Origin: Candidatus Latescibacterota bacterium
GTDB taxonomy: Bacteria > Latescibacterota > UBA2968 > UBA8231
Assembly (NCBI GenBank): GCA_965221775.1
Contig: CBDCSU010000006.1
Coordinates: 1,504,001 to 1,568,000 of the forward strand
Reading direction: 5' to 3'
DNA length: 64,000 nt
How positions within the stretch are numbered: the stretch's first letter is position 1; each line of letters begins with the position of its first letter. The position numbers were made by a program, and so were the translations under genes. Of the stretch, positions 60,517 through 64,000 are shown in pieces. Under the pieces are notes generated by a model that worked only from the letters and a program-made list of their open reading frames with translations, did no database searches and was not told where the DNA came from.

Positions 60517-61296
60517 ATGTACCCCAACCCGATCAAGCAGAAGCTCGACGACGGGCAGGTCGTCTTCGGCACCGGCCTGCCCGCCTTCACCCCCCACTTC
60601 GCCGGCCCCACCCTCGACACGGGAATCGACTTCCTGTGGATCGACACCGAGCACATGCCGTACGGGGTAGAGTCCCTCGACGTCATCCCCGTCCTCGCCC
60701 GGCAGCGGGGGGTGGCGCCCCTGATCCGGGTGGCCAACAACGACCCGGGCCTGATCAAGAAGGCCTACGACGCGGGGGCGGTGCTGGTCATGATCCCCCA
60801 GGTCAACTCGGCCGAAGAGGCGGCGCGGGCCGTCGACGCGGCCCACTACCCGCCCGAGGGCAACCGCGGCCTGTCGCCCATGTGGACGAGGATCGCCGGC
60901 CAGGACTGGGACCACGTCCTGGCCACGGCCAACGACGAGACCCTGCTGGTCTGCCAGCTCGAGAGCCTGCAGGCCTGGGAGAGCCTGGACGAGATCGCCG
61001 CCGTGCCCGGCATCGACGTCATCCTGGTGGGACCCCTGGACCTGTCGGCGTCCCTGGGGGTGATGGGGCAGACGGGCTCCAAGGAGGTGCAGAGCATCAT
61101 GGAGGCGGTGCCCCGGCGGCTGGAGGGGACGGGCATCGTCACGGGCACGACCCTGGCCGAGCCCGGCGACATCCGCCAGAAGATCGACTGGGGCTACCGC
61201 TTCCTGAACGTGGGCACCCCCCTCTCCTACGGGGTGCAGGTGGTGACGTCGCACGTGGCCTCCCTGCGCGAGTACGCCGACCGACGCGGCAAGTGA
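60517..61296 (+). CDS. HpcH/HpaI aldolase family protein
   Basis: IDTEH, IRV, DAGA, YPPEGNRG, QLES and GPLDLS motifs. Confidence 0.92.
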   Translation: MYPNPIKQKLDDGQVVFGTGLPAFTPHFAGPTLDTGIDFLWIDTEHMPYGVESLDVIPVLARQRGVAPLIRVANNDPGLIKKAYDAGAVLVMIPQVNSAEEAARAVDAAHYPPEGNRGLSPMWTRIAGQDWDHVLATANDETLLVCQLESLQAWESLDEIAAVPGIDVILVGPLDLSASLGVMGQTGSKEVQSIMEAVPRRLEGTGIVTGTTLAEPGDIRQKIDWGYRFLNVGTPLSYGVQVVTSHVASLREYADRRGK

Positions 61297-63854
61297 CCGC
61301 CGCCCTCCCGCCCGTCGCCGACCGCCTGCGGCGCGGACTGTTCGTCGTCACCGCCGAGCAGACGCACCCGGCGCAGGCGCCGCGCTATGCGCGGCTCATC
61401 GAGCGCGGCGCCGTCGACGCCGTCACCCTGCCCGACATCCCGCTGGTGGGCCGCCTCGGCGACGCGGTGCGCCTCTTCGGGCGCCGGGAGCGGCCGAAGG
61501 GCCTCTTCGACGTTCTGGGGGAGACCCGCGAGCCGGTGGTGACGATCGCCGCCGGGACCCGCACACGGAGCACGGTGGAGGCCCGCATCCTGCGGGCCGT
61601 GAGCGGCGGCGCCCGGGGGCTGCTGGTGCTCTCGGGGGGAGACCTGGTGCGGCGCGGGATGGGGGCGGTCCCCGGCGGCGCCTCGCTGCTGCCGATGGAC
61701 GCCTTCCGGACCCTGGAGCTGACACGCCGCCTGCGCGAGTCCGGCCAGCTGCCGGAGGGACTGCCCGTGTGGGCCGTGGAGAACCCCCTCGTGGGGCGGG
61801 TCGAGGCGCGGGTCGACCGCCTGGCCCGCAAGATCGACGCCGGCGCCGAGGCGGTCCTGCTGCAGCCGCCGCTGCTGTGGGAGCGCCACGAGGCCTGGTG
61901 GGATCGCGCCCACGCCCGCGGGCTCACCTCGACCCCGCTGGTGGTCGGCGTTCCCGTGATCGGCTCGGCGGCGATGCTCCGGTTCTGGTTCTTCCTCATC
62001 GGCTGCGGGGCCCGCTCCGCGGAGGCGCGCGCCCTGCTGCGCGACTACCGCGCCGCCGAGGGCGACCTCGACGAAGAGGAGTTCACCGCCTTCAAGCGCC
62101 AGTGGTCCGCCGATCTGATCGGCCGCATCCGCCGGCTGCCCGGGGCCGCCGGCATCCACCTGATGCCGATCAGCGGCACCGCGGACCTGCTGCCGGTGCT
62201 GTCGGCGGCGGGCCTGGCGCCGAGCGAGCGGGCGCGGTCGGACGTGGACCGGCTGAGCGCCGACCTCCAGGAGCGCGGCGTCTCCGTGGTCCACGAGCCG
62301 GGCCTGCGCGACGACGGCTACGCGCGCTCCTTCCGCGGCGCCCTGCGCAGCCTCGAGCGCGTCGTCGAGACCGAGGCCGGCGATCCCGCCTTCCGCACCT
62401 ACTGGAACCGCATCACCTACGCCCAGCACTTCCGCGTGCCCATCGCCTACCGGCCCTTCGTCGGCCCGGGGGGAGAGCCGGAAGAGACGTGGGAGCTGGC
62501 CCTCGACGTGCGCCAGCTCGACACCGGACCGGCCCTCGAAGAGGCGGTGCGCGCCGCCCTGCGCCGCCGCGAGGCCGGCTCCACCGAGAGCGAGGGCGGC
62601 GCCGTCATCGGCGGCTGGGTGCCCTACAGCCGGAGCCCGGTGTGGCAGTTCAACGAGACCTTCTGGCGGCACATGCGGGCCTACGTCGGCACCCACGGCC
62701 GCGACTATCGCGACAGCATCAGCGGCTCGCCGGACTCCGTCGTGGAGCTGGTGCGCGCCAACGCCCGGCGGTTCCTGGAGCAGGTCGTCGAGGCGCGCCA
62801 GGAAGACCCGGCCGCCGAGCTGGCCTGCGTCGAGTTCGGCGTCTCCAGCGTCGACTACGCGCGGGAGTTCATCGACACGGTGACCCGCTTCGCCCAGGCC
62901 GGGAGACTGGACCCGGGGCCGCTCTGCTACGTGCTGGCCGACGCCGCGCCGGCGTCGCTGGAGGCGGCGCGGGAGGAGCTGGGCGAGCGGCGCCGGGGGT
63001 TCCGCCTGGACTACGTGCAGACCAACCTCGAGGCGCCGGTGCAGCTGGAATCCTACCGGGGGCGGATCCTGCGCGTGCACATCACCTCCGTCGTCAACAA
63101 CCTTCCCAACGACAAGCTGGCCCAGATCGACGGCGAGTGCTTCGCCATCGAGACCCGCCTCTACCTGCCCGGCCCGCAGCTCGACTCCCTCTCGGAGCAG
63201 TACGGTCTCGACGCGGAGCGGCTGCGTGACGACCTGGAGGCGATCGCGGGATCCGGCGTCTCCGCCTTCCTCGACCTGTACCGCGGACGCTTCCGGGAGA
63301 GCCTGGGAGAGAAGGAGGGGGACTACCGGTTCTACCACTTCTGGCAGGACCTCTACGGCAACCCGGAGGACCGCGGCACGGGCCTGAAGCTGGAGGAGCG
63401 CTACGTGCGCATCCCCGACCTGGGCCGGTTCTCCTTCCTCGACCCGGACCGCCTCGCCGGCCTGCCGCTGGACCCGGCGGCGATCCTGCGGGAGGTCCTC
63501 GACGAGTACCCCCCCAACGTCTGGATGCACCTCTCCAACCGCTCGATCGAGGGCTGCCTGCTGCTCATCGACCTCCTGCACCCGCGGGGGGCGCTGGAGC
63601 TGATCGACCTCATCGTGCGCGTCATCGCCGACTACCACGAGGTCCCCCGGCGCCGCAACCGCCGGGGCCGCAGCCTCTACCGCATGGGCTTCAAGGGGCC
63701 GGCCAAGTTCGACGGCTCCGCCGTGGACTGGTTCAACGGCCGCCTCTTCGAGGCCGCGGCGCGCCGGGCCTTCCCCGGCTGCCGCGTGAGCTGGTCCAGC
63801 CTCGAGGAGTACGGGCGGCCCCACATGTCGCTCATGGAGGTCCGGCGCTCTTGA
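61293..63854 (+). CDS. Fusion of MTHFR (MetF)-like barrel and SAM-methyltransferase-like domain
   Basis: GTG overlapping the upstream TGA. N-terminus has TAE, DAVTLPD, LSGGD, ENP, RKIDAGA..LLQP and GIHLM. C-terminus has VEFGVS, YVLAD and NNLPND. Confidence 0.75.
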   Translation: MTAALPPVADRLRRGLFVVTAEQTHPAQAPRYARLIERGAVDAVTLPDIPLVGRLGDAVRLFGRRERPKGLFDVLGETREPVVTIAAGTRTRSTVEARILRAVSGGARGLLVLSGGDLVRRGMGAVPGGASLLPMDAFRTLELTRRLRESGQLPEGLPVWAVENPLVGRVEARVDRLARKIDAGAEAVLLQPPLLWERHEAWWDRAHARGLTSTPLVVGVPVIGSAAMLRFWFFLIGCGARSAEARALLRDYRAAEGDLDEEEFTAFKRQWSADLIGRIRRLPGAAGIHLMPISGTADLLPVLSAAGLAPSERARSDVDRLSADLQERGVSVVHEPGLRDDGYARSFRGALRSLERVVETEAGDPAFRTYWNRITYAQHFRVPIAYRPFVGPGGEPEETWELALDVRQLDTGPALEEAVRAALRRREAGSTESEGGAVIGGWVPYSRSPVWQFNETFWRHMRAYVGTHGRDYRDSISGSPDSVVELVRANARRFLEQVVEARQEDPAAELACVEFGVSSVDYAREFIDTVTRFAQAGRLDPGPLCYVLADAAPASLEAAREELGERRRGFRLDYVQTNLEAPVQLESYRGRILRVHITSVVNNLPNDKLAQIDGECFAIETRLYLPGPQLDSLSEQYGLDAERLRDDLEAIAGSGVSAFLDLYRGRFRESLGEKEGDYRFYHFWQDLYGNPEDRGTGLKLEERYVRIPDLGRFSFLDPDRLAGLPLDPAAILREVLDEYPPNVWMHLSNRSIEGCLLLIDLLHPRGALELIDLIVRVIADYHEVPRRRNRRGRSLYRMGFKGPAKFDGSAVDWFNGRLFEAAARRAFPGCRVSWSSLEEYGRPHMSLMEVRRS

Positions 63855-64000
63855 GCGGTGGCGCCCAGGTCGCGACGGGCCCTCCCGGGACGGCGCTGAC
63901 CGTCAGCGCCCGGGTGGCCGCCGACGACGGCCGCGCCGAGACCCTGCAGGCCCTGGTCTCCCGCTGGCGGCCCCCGGACGAGTGGCCCGGGTTCGCCGCC
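63851..64000 (+). CDS. Hypothetical protein, N-terminal part (runs off the window edge)
   Basis: GGAGG RBS and TTG start overlapping the upstream TGA. Open GC3-rich frame MSGGAQVATG...WPGFAA. Confidence 0.65.
   Translation, partial: MSGGAQVATGPPGTALTVSARVAADDGRAETLQALVSRWRPPDEWPGFAA

Overview
Very GC-rich bacterial chromosomal segment with about 58 tightly packed CDSs. I found no rRNA, tRNA, CRISPR array, integrase or transposase. Secreted proteins ending in a FlgD-Ig-type C-terminal domain or a TWGxVK tail, plus sulfatase, beta-propeller and sugar-acid enzymes, suggest an FCB-group organism such as Latescibacterota or Gemmatimonadota, possibly a marine invertebrate symbiont (inference). Housekeeping and metabolic genes include rdgB, a heterodimeric ABC exporter, a guaB-like gene, phnA with a phosphonate-associated alcohol dehydrogenase, CnoX/YbbN, acnA, a Pot-type ABC system, SulP, uppP and an HpcH aldolase. 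These are interspersed with lower-GC single-gene insertions (SLATT-like 2TM gene, AAA_14-DUF4143 ATPase, small membrane proteins). The most notable observations are: (1) a MetF/MTHFR-like barrel fused to a SAM-methyltransferase-like domain; (2) an NCS2 permease fused to a degenerate RsbW-like anti-sigma domain inside a Pot-type ABC operon; (3) a type III R-M pair whose Res keeps its ATPase motifs but appears to have lost the PD-(D/E)xK nuclease site; (4) an ADH-phnA phosphonate module lacking PhnY, PhnW and PhnX; (5) an unannotated proline-rich micropeptide overlapping the SLATT-like gene; (6) repeated leaderless promoter geometry. All family calls come from motif recognition by eye; no searches were run.
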